The position numbers and the translations under genes were made by a program. From the NCBI GenBank assembly GCA_944386335.1, contig CALXAQ010000113.1, positions 1 to 41,769 of the forward strand: a stretch of DNA of 41,769 bases, in the 5' to 3' direction. This DNA is from an uncultured Clostridia bacterium (GTDB taxonomy: Bacteria > Bacillota > Clostridia > TANB77 > CAG-508). The notes under the pieces are model-generated. The model was given only the letters and a program-made list of their open reading frames with translations, did not search any database and was not told where the DNA came from. Positions 9,006-17,856 of this stretch are shown here, one piece after another (the first letter of the stretch is position 1; the number at the start of each line of letters is the position of its first letter).

Positions 9006-10283
9006 ATGTTTTTAATTTCGATTGCAGTTGCACTATTATATTTCATTTTTTCAATATTTATAGGAATTAATTGGGTGAATGATATAGCCTGTTATTTTGG
9101 ATATTTTCTGGCAATATATGTTGTAACTTTTATAGCTTTAATACCTGGTTTCAATTATATATTTACTTTTGTTAGTTTGCTTTGCAATAAAAACAAGAAA
9201 AAAAAGTGTTGTGCTTCAAAAAATGAGGCTGTCACTATATTAATACCAGTATATAATTCTAAAAAATGTATAAAAGAAACAATAAAATCTATTCAAAATC
9301 AAAAATACAATGGAAATATCTATATTAATGTTATAGATGATGGTTCAACAGATGGTTCTTTAGAATTATTAAGAGAAATAAGTTCAGCAGAAAATATCAA
9401 TCTTATTGAATCATCTCATATCGGCAAAGCATCAGCTTTAAATAAAGGCTTACAATGTGCATCTACAGATTATATTATTACAGTAGATAGCGATACTATC
9501 CTTCATCCATTAGCTGTGCAAAATATAATGAATAAATTAGTTGATTCTGATGAGAAAACAGTTGCAACAGCTGGATGCTTATTTGTAAAGAATGCTAAAA
9601 AAAGTTTTGTAACCAAGTTACAAGAGTGGGATTATACATTGGGAATTTTTGGAGTAAAAATGCTACAAGGAAATTATAATTCTACATTAGTGGTGCAAGG
9701 GGCATTTAGTGCATATAAAACAGAATATTTAAAAGAAATTGGTGGATGGCAAAACTATGTGGGAGAAGATATTGTTCTAACTTGGGAATTATTAAACAAA
9801 GGATACAAGACCAATTTTGCTCAAAATGCTATTGCATTTACAGAAGTTCCAGAAAAATGGAGTAAGTTAGGTAAACAAAGAAAAAGATGGGCTAGAGGTA
9901 TGATAGAGGCGTTTAAAAGAGTAAAAGTATTAATATCAAGAAAACTTAATGTAAAATCCAAAATATTAATGTGCTTAAATATATTTTTCCCTTTTATAGA
10001 TTTAGCACTTCTAATATTTGTTCCATTAGGACTTATTTTATTACTGTTAGGGAATCCATTATTAATTGGATGGATTTCGTTACTTGTAATTCCTTTTGGA
10101 TTATTGCTTTGCTTATTGATTGAATCTAAAAGGAAAAATATGTTAAAAGAAATAGATTGTAGATTAGAAAAAAGAAGTAAGTTTGCATTTATAATTTATG
10201 TGTTATTATATGCCTTTATTTTAGCACCTTTCTGTCTGATAGGTTATATCTCAGAATTAGTCAATTTTAAAAAAGAATGGTAA
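9006..10283 (+). CDS. Processive family-2 glycosyltransferase (IcaA/PgaC-like synthase)
   Basis: Motifs VIDDGSTDGS, TVDSDT, GEDIVLT and QRKRWARG (the QxxRW motif), with flanking TM segments. ATG 9006 follows AAGGGGGGTGA. Confidence 0.8.
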   Translation: MFLISIAVALLYFIFSIFIGINWVNDIACYFGYFLAIYVVTFIALIPGFNYIFTFVSLLCNKNKKKKCCASKNEAVTILIPVYNSKKCIKETIKSIQNQKYNGNIYINVIDDGSTDGSLELLREISSAENINLIESSHIGKASALNKGLQCASTDYIITVDSDTILHPLAVQNIMNKLVDSDEKTVATAGCLFVKNAKKSFVTKLQEWDYTLGIFGVKMLQGNYNSTLVVQGAFSAYKTEYLKEIGGWQNYVGEDIVLTWELLNKGYKTNFAQNAIAFTEVPEKWSKLGKQRKRWARGMIEAFKRVKVLISRKLNVKSKILMCLNIFFPFIDLALLIFVPLGLILLLLGNPLLIGWISLLVIPFGLLLCLLIESKRKNMLKEIDCRLEKRSKFAFIIYVLLYAFILAPFCLIGYISELVNFKKEW

Positions 10284-10431
10284 AGCATTTATGAAAAATT
10301 ATATATACAAATTTTAAATTTAAAATTACTTTATACGAAAGTATAGAGTAATTTTTAGCATTTTTTTAATAAATTTTTTGCAGAGTACAATCTAGCAAAA
10401 CGAAAAAAAGAAAAATTTATTGGTAAATCTT

Positions 10432-10460
10432 TTGACTTTTACCAAAAATTATAGTATAAT
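10432..10460 (+). promoter_or_regulatory. Sigma-A type promoter upstream of carD
   Basis: TTGACT-17 nt-TATAAT. Confidence 0.6.
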
Positions 10461-10542
10461 ATAAATGGTGGTTAAAAAAGAAAAAGAAAATTTTTTCTTT
10501 TTGCTTAAAATGTAAAAAAGCTAGAAGGGAGTGTCAAAATAA

Positions 10543-11130
10543 ATGTTTAATGTAGGTGATAAAATTGTATATCCAATGCATGGAGCAGGAACAATAGATG
10601 CCATAGAAGAGAAGGATATTTTAGGAGAGAAGCAAGCATATTATATTATAAAAATGCCAGGAGAAGTAAAGGTTATGGTACCAACTGCAAGGGCAGAAGA
10701 AATTGGAGTAAGAAATGTAATTGATAAGGAAAATGCAGGAAAAGTATTAGCAATTTTAGAAGAAAATGAAACAGAAATGTCTAATAATTGGAATAAAAGA
10801 TATAGAGATAATATGGAAAAGATGAAAAGCGGAGATATCTATGAAGTGGCAGATGTAGTAAGAAATCTAGCTTTTAAACAAAAAGAAAAAGGATTATCTA
10901 CAGGTGAAAAAAAGATGCTTAACAATGCAAAACAAATTTTAGTAAGTGAACTTGTACTTGCAGAACATGCATCACAAGAAGATGTAGAGAAAATGGTAGA
11001 AAATAAAATAGAGATGTCTTTTGAAGAATATAAAGTACATGATACTACTATAAATACAAATCCTAGTGAAATAGGAAAAGAAGTAGTAAAAAAATTTATA
11101 CCTTTTGATGGAACAGGAACACAAGTATAA
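10543..11130 (+). CDS. carD: CarD/CdnL family transcriptional regulator
   Basis: N-terminal FNVGDKIVYPMHGAGTIDAIEEK..YYIIKMP (RNAP-interacting Tudor-like domain). Confidence 0.85.
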   Translation: MFNVGDKIVYPMHGAGTIDAIEEKDILGEKQAYYIIKMPGEVKVMVPTARAEEIGVRNVIDKENAGKVLAILEENETEMSNNWNKRYRDNMEKMKSGDIYEVADVVRNLAFKQKEKGLSTGEKKMLNNAKQILVSELVLAEHASQEDVEKMVENKIEMSFEEYKVHDTTINTNPSEIGKEVVKKFIPFDGTGTQV

Positions 11131-11157
11131 TATTTATATAAATGAATAAGAACATAA

Positions 11158-11187
11158 GAAAATGACGACATTTATCGTCATTTTTTC
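11158..11187 (+). terminator. Rho-independent terminator after carD
   Basis: atgacga-cattta-tcgtcat stem followed by TTTTTT. Confidence 0.7.
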
Positions 11188-11192
11188 ATGTG

Positions 11193-11218
11193 ATAGGAAA
11201 TTTCTCCGAAATTCCTAT
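11193..11218. repeat. Intergenic palindromic element, family 1, copy C
   Basis: ataggaaatttctccgaaattcctat, flanked by the tgtg.. and ..aaaaacacat sequences shared with copy A. Confidence 0.7.
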
Positions 11219-11234
11219 TATATAAAAACACATT

Positions 11235-11267
11235 CCACAGAAAAATTGCAAAGCAATTTTTCTGTGG
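11235..11267. repeat. Perfect 15-bp inverted repeat (hairpin) in the dnaG upstream region
   Basis: ccacagaaaaattgc-aaa-gcaatttttctgtgg. Confidence 0.8.
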
Positions 11268-11451
11268 ACAAACAAAGACGCGGGCATTACAGCGTTATAA
11301 ATAGCAAAAAAGTTATTCATGTTTGCTTTTGTTCTGTCTGTAGAATTTGACAAAAAGGGTAAGAAAAAAATAGAATTTTACATAATACAAAAGAAGGATT
11401 TAGATTTATTATGTCGAATAATATAATTATGATGAAGAAAGGTAAGCCAGA

Positions 11452-13245
11452 ATGGTACGATATAGTGAAGAAATAGTAGAAGAAATAAGAAGTAAAAATG
11501 ATATTGTAGATGTAATATCACAATATGTAGTTTTGAGGAGAAGTGGTAGAAACTTTTTTGGACTATGTCCATTTCATAAAGAAAAATCACCTTCTTTTTC
11601 TGTCTCACCAGATAAGCAAATTTTTCATTGTTTTGGCTGTGGTGTAGGAGGTAATGTACTACATTTTATTAGTAAAATTGAAAATGTTAGTTTTAGAGAA
11701 GCGATAGAATTACTTGCAGAAAAAGTAGGAGTGGAATTACCTACTTTAGAAAATGATGCAGATAATAAAATACTTGCTTTAAAAAAGAAAGTTTATGAAA
11801 TCAACCAAATAGCGGCAGAATTTTATCATCAAAATTTATATAATACAGCAAAGGCAAAACTAGCACAGGAATATGTAAAAAAAAGAAAATTAGATAATAA
11901 AACATTAAAAAATTTTTTAATAGGATATGCTGGAAATTATAATGAGTTGTATCAATTATTAAAACAAAAAGGATATTCCGAAGAAGAAATATTAGCGTCT
12001 AGTCTAGTAAGTAAAATGTCAGATGGAAAAATGGTAGATCGTTTTCGAAAAAGATTAATGTTCCCAATTCAAGATGTTAGAAATCGAGTAATAGCATTTG
12101 GTGGACGAGTATTAGATGATAGCAAGCCTAAATATATTAATTCACCAGAGAACATTGTATATAGTAAAGGAAGACATTTATTTGGATTAAATGTGGCTAA
12201 AAAAATAGAAACAAAAATGCAGAAAATTATTATAGTAGAAGGATACATGGATGCGATTTCTCTTCATCAAAGAGGAATACACAATGCAGTAGCATCTTTA
12301 GGAACTGCTTTAACAGAAGCACAGGGGCATTTACTTCGCAACAATAGTGAACAAGTCATTATTGGTTATGATGCAGATGGTGCTGGACAAGCTGCCACAA
12401 TGAGAGGATTAGAAATTTTGCAAAATATGGGATGCGATATTCGTATTTTGCAAATAGAAGGAGCAAAAGATCCAGATGAATTTGTAGTAAAATATGGACC
12501 AGAAAGATTTGTCAAACAAGTAGATAAATCCATTTCTTTAGTAGAATATAAAGTAAAGGTATTACGTAGTAGTTTAGATATAGAACAGACAAACGATAAA
12601 ATAAAATTTTTAAAAGAAATTGCAAAGGTCCTTGCTCGTATAGATAATGAAATCGAAAGACAAGTTTATGCAGATAATATAGCAAAAGAATATCAAGTTT
12701 CTAAAGAAGCTATTTATGCCGAAATAGAAAAGCTAAAAAAATCAGCAGGTTCAGGAAGAAAAGTTTTAGAAAATGCTAAACCTCAAATACAGTTTACAAA
12801 AAAAGAAGAAGTAGGACAAAAAAAAAAAAAAAGAGAACGCTTGATGATTTATTTGTTAGTGAATTATCCTCAAGAAAGCTATATGCCTTTAAAACAAACA
12901 ATATTACCAGAAGATTTTAATGATAAAAGAAATAAAAAAAAAAAAAAAAAATTGTATGAAGAAATCGAAAAAGGAAATAGTAATATTAGTAATACATTGT
13001 TAGATTGTTTTGAAGATGAAGAAACAATTAACTATTTATCCTGGATTATGTCATATGATTTTGAAATTACAGAATTAGATAAGTGTATAGAAGATGTTAT
13101 AAATAGCTATATAAAAGAGAAAACAGTAAAAAGAAGAAATGAGATTATTAAGGAATTAGAAGATAAATCTACCAAGGCAGAACAAGTAGAACTATTAGAA
13201 AAAGAGTTAAATACAATCATTATAAAATTGGCTAAAATGAAATAG
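11452..13245 (+). CDS. dnaG: DNA primase DnaG
   Basis: Zinc finger CPFHKEKSPSFSVSPDKQIFHCFGCG. TOPRIM motifs IIVEGYMDAISLHQ and GYDADGAGQAA. Confidence 0.93.
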   Translation: MVRYSEEIVEEIRSKNDIVDVISQYVVLRRSGRNFFGLCPFHKEKSPSFSVSPDKQIFHCFGCGVGGNVLHFISKIENVSFREAIELLAEKVGVELPTLENDADNKILALKKKVYEINQIAAEFYHQNLYNTAKAKLAQEYVKKRKLDNKTLKNFLIGYAGNYNELYQLLKQKGYSEEEILASSLVSKMSDGKMVDRFRKRLMFPIQDVRNRVIAFGGRVLDDSKPKYINSPENIVYSKGRHLFGLNVAKKIETKMQKIIIVEGYMDAISLHQRGIHNAVASLGTALTEAQGHLLRNNSEQVIIGYDADGAGQAATMRGLEILQNMGCDIRILQIEGAKDPDEFVVKYGPERFVKQVDKSISLVEYKVKVLRSSLDIEQTNDKIKFLKEIAKVLARIDNEIERQVYADNIAKEYQVSKEAIYAEIEKLKKSAGSGRKVLENAKPQIQFTKKEEVGQKKKKRERLMIYLLVNYPQESYMPLKQTILPEDFNDKRNKKKKKKLYEEIEKGNSNISNTLLDCFEDEETINYLSWIMSYDFEITELDKCIEDVINSYIKEKTVKRRNEIIKELEDKSTKAEQVELLEKELNTIIIKLAKMK

Positions 13246-13257
13246 GAGGGTTTTGAA

Positions 13258-14415
13258 GTGAAAGAAACTGAAAAAAAAGAAGTACAAAAACAAGAAATAG
13301 AAAAAAAAGAAAAAGTAGAGAAAAACATAGAAGAGAATAAAAAGGCAGAAGATAAAGTAAAAGAAATTATAGAAAAAGCAAAATCAAAGGGAAAAATTAC
13401 GTATGGGGAACTTGCTACAGAATTAGATGAAGCCAATCCAGATCAAATAGATAAAGTATTTGATGCTTTTGAAGATCTAGGAGTAGACATTTTGCAAGAA
13501 GATTTAGAAGAGCCAGATATTGAAGATTTACAAGAAGTAGAAGATATTCCTATAGAAGATATGGATTTAAATAATATGGATGGGGTAAATATAGATGACC
13601 CTGTTAGAATGTATTTAAGAGAAATTGGAAGAATCCCACTTCTTACGTATGATGAAGAATTAGAACTTGCAAAAAGAGTACTAGAAGGAGACGAAGAAGC
13701 AAAGCAAAAATTAGTAGAGTCTAATTTAAGATTAGTAGTAAGTATTGCTAAAAAATATGTAGGAAGAGGAATGCTATTTTTAGATTTAATTCAAGAAGGA
13801 AATATGGGACTTATAAAGGCAGTAGAGAAATTTGATTATACAAAAGGATTTAAATTTAGTACTTATGCAACTTGGTGGATTAGACAAGCTATTACAAGAG
13901 CAATAGCAGATCAAGCAAGAACAATAAGAATTCCAGTACACATGGTAGAAACAATTAATAAACTAATTCGTACTTCAAGACATTTATTACAACAAATGGG
14001 AAGGGAACCAACGCCTGAAGAAATAGCAAAGGAAATGGAAATTCCAGTAGAAAAAGTGATGGAAATACAAAAAATAGCACAAGATCCAGTATCATTAGAA
14101 ACACCAATAGGAGAAGAAGATGATAGCCATTTAGGGGATTTTATTCAAGATGATGATAGTCCTGCACCACAAGATGCTGCAGCATATACTATGTTAAAAG
14201 AACAACTAGAAGAAGTAATGAATACTTTAACACCGAGAGAAGCAAAGGTATTAAAATTAAGATTCGGGTTAGAAGATGGAAAAGCACGTACTTTAGAAGA
14301 AGTAGGAAAAGAATTTATGGTAACAAGAGAAAGAATCAGACAAATAGAAGCAAAAGCATTAAGAAAACTAAGACACCCAAGTAGAAGTAAAAAATTAAAA
14401 GATTATATGAACTAA
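13258..14415 (+). CDS. rpoD: RNA polymerase sigma factor RpoD/SigA (GTG start)
   Basis: Regions 2-4: [27 protein letters not shown] and [37 protein letters not shown] lies 7 nt before GTG 13258. Confidence 0.93.
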   Translation: MKETEKKEVQKQEIEKKEKVEKNIEENKKAEDKVKEIIEKAKSKGKITYGELATELDEANPDQIDKVFDAFEDLGVDILQEDLEEPDIEDLQEVEDIPIEDMDLNNMDGVNIDDPVRMYLREIGRIPLLTYDEELELAKRVLEGDEEAKQKLVESNLRLVVSIAKKYVGRGMLFLDLIQEGNMGLIKAVEKFDYTKGFKFSTYATWWIRQAITRAIADQARTIRIPVHMVETINKLIRTSRHLLQQMGREPTPEEIAKEMEIPVEKVMEIQKIAQDPVSLETPIGEEDDSHLGDFIQDDDSPAPQDAAAYTMLKEQLEEVMNTLTPREAKVLKLRFGLEDGKARTLEEVGKEFMVTRERIRQIEAKALRKLRHPSRSKKLKDYMN

Positions 14416-14464
14416 GAGATTTTATAAGATTAGTTGGGGTAGTAAAACTCCAACTATATTTGTG

Positions 14465-14479
14465 TAATAGGAAATTTCT
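14465..14479. repeat. Family 1 element, half copy D
   Basis: taataggaaatttct, preceded by tgtg. Only one arm is present. Confidence 0.5.
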
Positions 14480-14543
14480 ATTTTGTTCTGCAAAAAAAAA
14501 TACTGCATTTATCAAATATAAGATAAATGCAATACGCTATCTA

Positions 14544-14620
14544 TGGTAGCGAAAAGTGGATTCGAACCACCGACCTGCCGGGTATGAACCGGATGCTCTA
14601 GCCAACTGAGCTATTTCGCC
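14544..14620 (-). tRNA. trnM: Elongator tRNA-Met (anticodon CAT)
   Basis: The reverse complement is GGCGAAATAGCTCAGTTGGCTAGAGCATCCGGTTCATACCCGGCAGGTCGGTGGTTCGAATCCAC..CGCTACCA. It resembles the Bacillus elongator Met tRNA and lacks initiator features. A TTGACA-17-TATAAT promoter lies on the minus strand at about 14630-14668. Confidence 0.85.
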
Positions 14621-14679
14621 ATATCTAAATAAGACAAGTATTATTATACTGTCAAATCCTATATTTGTCAATATAAAAA

Positions 14680-14724
14680 AGAAATTTTTCTAAAATCTTT
14701 GCTAGAAATTTTAGAAAAATTTCT
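14680..14724 (-). terminator. Rho-independent terminator of gene 14757..15143
   Basis: A perfect 17-bp inverted repeat, agaaatttttctaaaat / attttagaaaaatttct, followed on the minus strand by a T-run. Confidence 0.75.
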
Positions 14725-14756
14725 AAATTTATCACTTTTATGGCATAAAACAAATA

Positions 14757-15143
14757 TTAAAGAGATAATTCATTATCATCTTTTTGCTTTGATTTAGTAG
14801 AAGTTTTTCTTTGAGAAGTTACTTCTGATTGGTTTGCTTGAGAAATTTGTTTTGCTTTTTCTAATTTATCTGGGGAAAGAGTAGATGCTCTGGGAGTAGT
14901 AACTCTTGTAGATGTTTTAGACATTTTTTCTATAGCATCAATTACTTTTTCATGTTGTACCTCATAATGAGCTACTGATTTCTGGCATTCTTCTAAAGCT
15001 TCTAAAGTAGAGATATCTTCTTCTGGAAAACTCTGTTCTAATGAGGCTGTACTTTCTTCTTCTTTAAAAAGATCTTTCATATTATGAAAAAAGATAACAA
15101 ATCTATCTTTTAATTTTTTTCTTTCTGTAACAGTTGGTTCCAT
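14757..15143 (-). CDS. Hypothetical protein (128 aa, charged, Ser/Thr/Lys-rich tail)
   Basis: The ORF has its own terminator. No family recognised. The SD is unusually far from the ATG (see findings). Confidence 0.5.
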   Translation of the reverse strand: MEPTVTERKKLKDRFVIFFHNMKDLFKEEESTASLEQSFPEEDISTLEALEECQKSVAHYEVQHEKVIDAIEKMSKTSTRVTTPRASTLSPDKLEKAKQISQANQSEVTSQRKTSTKSKQKDDNELSL

Positions 15144-15442
15144 TTTTTTTCTTAACAGATGTTAAGAATTCACCTCCTCTAAAATTGTCTACATTTACAT
15201 TATATATATTAACATAAATTGTAAAAAAAAGCAATTCTTTTTTAAAAAAAAGATAAAAATCCTAAAAAACTTATAGACAAAAGGTGACAAAAAAACAATG
15301 CAAATAGTATAGTTTTGACAATGTATGACATAATAGAGGTAAAATGGTGTAAGTTGTTGTCGAAAAAGCAAGATGAAAAATGCTTGCCAAAACAAAAAAA
15401 CAGGAATACAATGGAAAAAATATTTGGGAAAGGGGAAAACAA

Positions 15443-15721
15443 ATGAAAAATTTGTATGGAAGTATTGTAATCAAAAAGGAATTAAAGGAGAAAGGTCAAG
15501 AAATACAAGAGCATGTGAACTATTATAAATTGAAAAATAAGAAATTTGGCTTGGAAATAGTAAAAGAGAATGAAGAAAAACAAAAAATAGAAATTACAAA
15601 TGTGAGAGATATTACAGATGACGAACAAAAAATAAATGATGTGCTTAATTTCTTAGTGATAAAAGAAGTAATGCCAGATGCACCAGATATCATAGAAGAT
15701 TTAGTAAAACAATATATTTAA
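15443..15721 (+). CDS. Hypothetical small protein (92 aa)
   Basis: ATG 15443 follows GGGAAAGGGGA. It converges on a shared hairpin with the next gene. Confidence 0.5.
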   Translation: MKNLYGSIVIKKELKEKGQEIQEHVNYYKLKNKKFGLEIVKENEEKQKIEITNVRDITDDEQKINDVLNFLVIKEVMPDAPDIIEDLVKQYI

Positions 15722-15743
15722 AAAATAGAACAGGAAAGAGGAT

Positions 15744-15965
15744 TCAGTCTAATCTTCTTTCTGTTCTATTTTCTTTGTTAGAAGGATTACATAGTTTTTC
15801 ATATTCTTTGCATTTTATCTTATATTCTAGCTGTTGAGTTAAATAGCGATAATACATGTAAGCTTGCTCGTATTGAGCAATAGGGTTAAACATACTATTA
15901 TCCATATTACTTTCTTCATAAGGGTTATATCCATAGAAATTATTATAATCCATATTTTTATCCAT
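15744..15965 (-). CDS. Hypothetical Tyr/Asn/Met-rich small protein (73 aa), possibly spore-coat-like. It uses a TGA stop.
   Basis: ATG 15965 lies 6 nt after AAAGAGGTG. The composition is low-complexity and Y/N/M-rich. TGA 15744-15746 lies inside the convergent terminator hairpin. Confidence 0.5.
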   Translation of the reverse strand: MDKNMDYNNFYGYNPYEESNMDNSMFNPIAQYEQAYMYYRYLTQQLEYKIKCKEYEKLCNPSNKENRTERRLD

Positions 15966-16010
15966 ATAGAACACCTCTTTAGTAAAATATATGAAAAGGA
16001 AATAAAATTA

Positions 16011-17084
16011 TTACAAATTTAAATTAAAAATAGGAAACCACGTAATAAAAAAGAAAGTATAAATAGCAGCAAAAATCCCTTGTAATAGCTTACCAATAAA
16101 GTAGGCTTTAATAGAAATATCTGTTTTAGAAGTAATACTATAAACTTGTAGTAAAATAGAAAAACCACCAAAACCTAATAAAAAGGCACATAAAATAATA
16201 TTAACAGAAATTGCCCTGCAAGTAATCATGGACATTTGTTGTACACCATTGGTAAGTTCTATAATTCCAGAGAAAAGAGCAGTAGAAAAACGTCCATCAT
16301 AAATACCAAATAGTTCTAAAATAGGAGATAAAAGTTTATTACCTAAGGAAAGAAAATTGGTATCTGCTAGAATAGAGAGAATAACGCTAAATAAAACTAC
16401 AAAGCCACCTATCATGATAACTGATTTTACAGCAGAAAAAATACTTTGACTTAGTACGGTCCCCAAATTAGAAAAAGAAACACTCTCTGATGTGGAAGTT
16501 GAAGAAGAAGATGCAGAATTTTTTTCTTTTGCTTTCCAAAAACGAAATAGAAATCCTACTGTAAAACAAGAAAGAATATGTGTAATAAATAGTAAAAGAC
16601 CAATTAAATGGTTACCAAATAAACTAATGCCAACCGTGCCAATAATAAACAAGGGACCAGAATTATTAGTAAAAGCAAGAAGGCGTTCTGCTTCTGCTTT
16701 TGTACATAGCTTATTTTCTCTAAATTGTGTTACAATTTTGGCACCAATAGGATATCCACTAATAATCCCCATAAGAAGTGCATAAGCACCACAGCCAGGA
16801 ACACGAAAAACAGGCATCATAATGCTATTTAATACTCGTCCTAATACAAAAATAACATTTGTGTGACTAAGTAATTCCGTTGCCATAAAAAAGGGCAATA
16901 GGGAGGGAACTACATGATTAGCCCATAAAGAAAGACCTGATTTAGAAGCAGCTAGATTGTTTTTAGAAAAAATAACTAGACCGATAGTAAATAAGCAAAA
17001 GCAGGCAGGAAGGATCATCTTTTTTATAGAAATACAAAAAAATTTAGGTTTTACATATGTCTTTACATCACAAATACTTTTCAT
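16011..17084 (-). CDS. ylbJ: Sporulation integral membrane protein YlbJ-like (nucleoside-recognition/Gate domains)
   Basis: 357 aa polytopic protein. The two-Gate-domain layout and sequence are reminiscent of YlbJ (VVPSLLPFFMATELL.., GYPIGAKIV). Confidence 0.6.
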   Translation of the reverse strand: MKSICDVKTYVKPKFFCISIKKMILPACFCLFTIGLVIFSKNNLAASKSGLSLWANHVVPSLLPFFMATELLSHTNVIFVLGRVLNSIMMPVFRVPGCGAYALLMGIISGYPIGAKIVTQFRENKLCTKAEAERLLAFTNNSGPLFIIGTVGISLFGNHLIGLLLFITHILSCFTVGFLFRFWKAKEKNSASSSSTSTSESVSFSNLGTVLSQSIFSAVKSVIMIGGFVVLFSVILSILADTNFLSLGNKLLSPILELFGIYDGRFSTALFSGIIELTNGVQQMSMITCRAISVNIILCAFLLGFGGFSILLQVYSITSKTDISIKAYFIGKLLQGIFAAIYTFFFITWFPIFNLNL

Positions 17085-17170
17085 ACATTACCTCACTTAT
17101 TGCTATAAATATGAGAAAATAAAATGAAATATGACACTAAAAAGACGATTATGTGAATTATATGTGAAAA

Positions 17171-17197
17171 TTAGCACTCTATACTTGAAAGTGCTAA
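17171..17197 (+). promoter_or_regulatory. CIRCE operator (HrcA site) overlapping the hsp20 promoter
   Basis: TTAGCACTC-tatacttga-AAGTGCTAA against the consensus TTAGCACTC-N9-GAGTGCTAA. The -35 TTGAAA (17185-17190) and extended -10 TGaTATAAT (17204-17212) overlap it. Confidence 0.8.
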
Positions 17198-17299
17198 AAT
17201 TAGTGATATAATTATATACGTAAAGAGAAAAAGATATCTTTACATGTGCGAGTAGCAAAACAAAACTATCACACATAAAAAGAAAAAGGAGTGATTTTT

Positions 17300-17719
17300 A
17301 TGATGATGATACCAAGAAAAAGAAATGACCTAGATTTATTTGAGGAGATGTTCCATGATCCATTTTTCTCTAGAAGAGAAGAAAAATTAATGAGAACAGA
17401 TATCAAAGAAAAAGGAAATGACTATGTAATTGAAATGGATTTACCAGGATATGAAAAAGAAGACATTAAAATTAAAATGGAAAAAGGATATTTAACAGTA
17501 ACTGCAAAAGTAAATAAAGAGGTAAAGGAAGATAAAGAAGAAAATTACATTCATAGAGAAAGATATAGTGGACAATGTACTAGAAGCTTTTATGTAGGCG
17601 AAAACGTAAAAGAAAATGAAATAAAAGCAAGTTTTAAAAATGGTATTTTAAAATTAGTAGTACCTAGAAAGGAAGAAAAAGAACTAGATAGCGGAGATAA
17701 TTATATTCCGATTGAATAA
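17300..17719 (+). CDS. Hsp20/alpha-crystallin family small heat shock protein
   Basis: Alpha-crystallin domain: DIKEKGNDYVIEMDLPGYEKEDIKI..ERYSGQCTRSFYV..ASFKNGILKLVVPK-like. Confidence 0.88.
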   Translation: MMMIPRKRNDLDLFEEMFHDPFFSRREEKLMRTDIKEKGNDYVIEMDLPGYEKEDIKIKMEKGYLTVTAKVNKEVKEDKEENYIHRERYSGQCTRSFYVGENVKENEIKASFKNGILKLVVPRKEEKELDSGDNYIPIE

Positions 17720-17726
17720 ATAGTGG

Positions 17727-17765
17727 AAACTAAGTAGTAATATCTTATTGCTACTTAGTTTTTTA
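17727..17765 (+). terminator. Rho-independent terminator after hsp20
   Basis: An 11-bp stem, aaactaagtag / ctacttagttt, followed by a T-run. Confidence 0.75.
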
Positions 17766-17856
17766 ACATAAAAAGGTAAAATTAAATAGTAGTTGTTACT
17801 TGAAAAATTTGTATTTATCCTATATAATAAAATAAAAAATAGAGGAGAAAACAGTA

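Noticed and set aside
11162-11350. ORF 11162..11350 and the overlapping ORFs 15195..15474 as real small genes
   Set aside because: They span terminators, palindromic repeats and promoter-like AT-rich sequence. They have no RBS, and their composition is driven by homopolymer runs.
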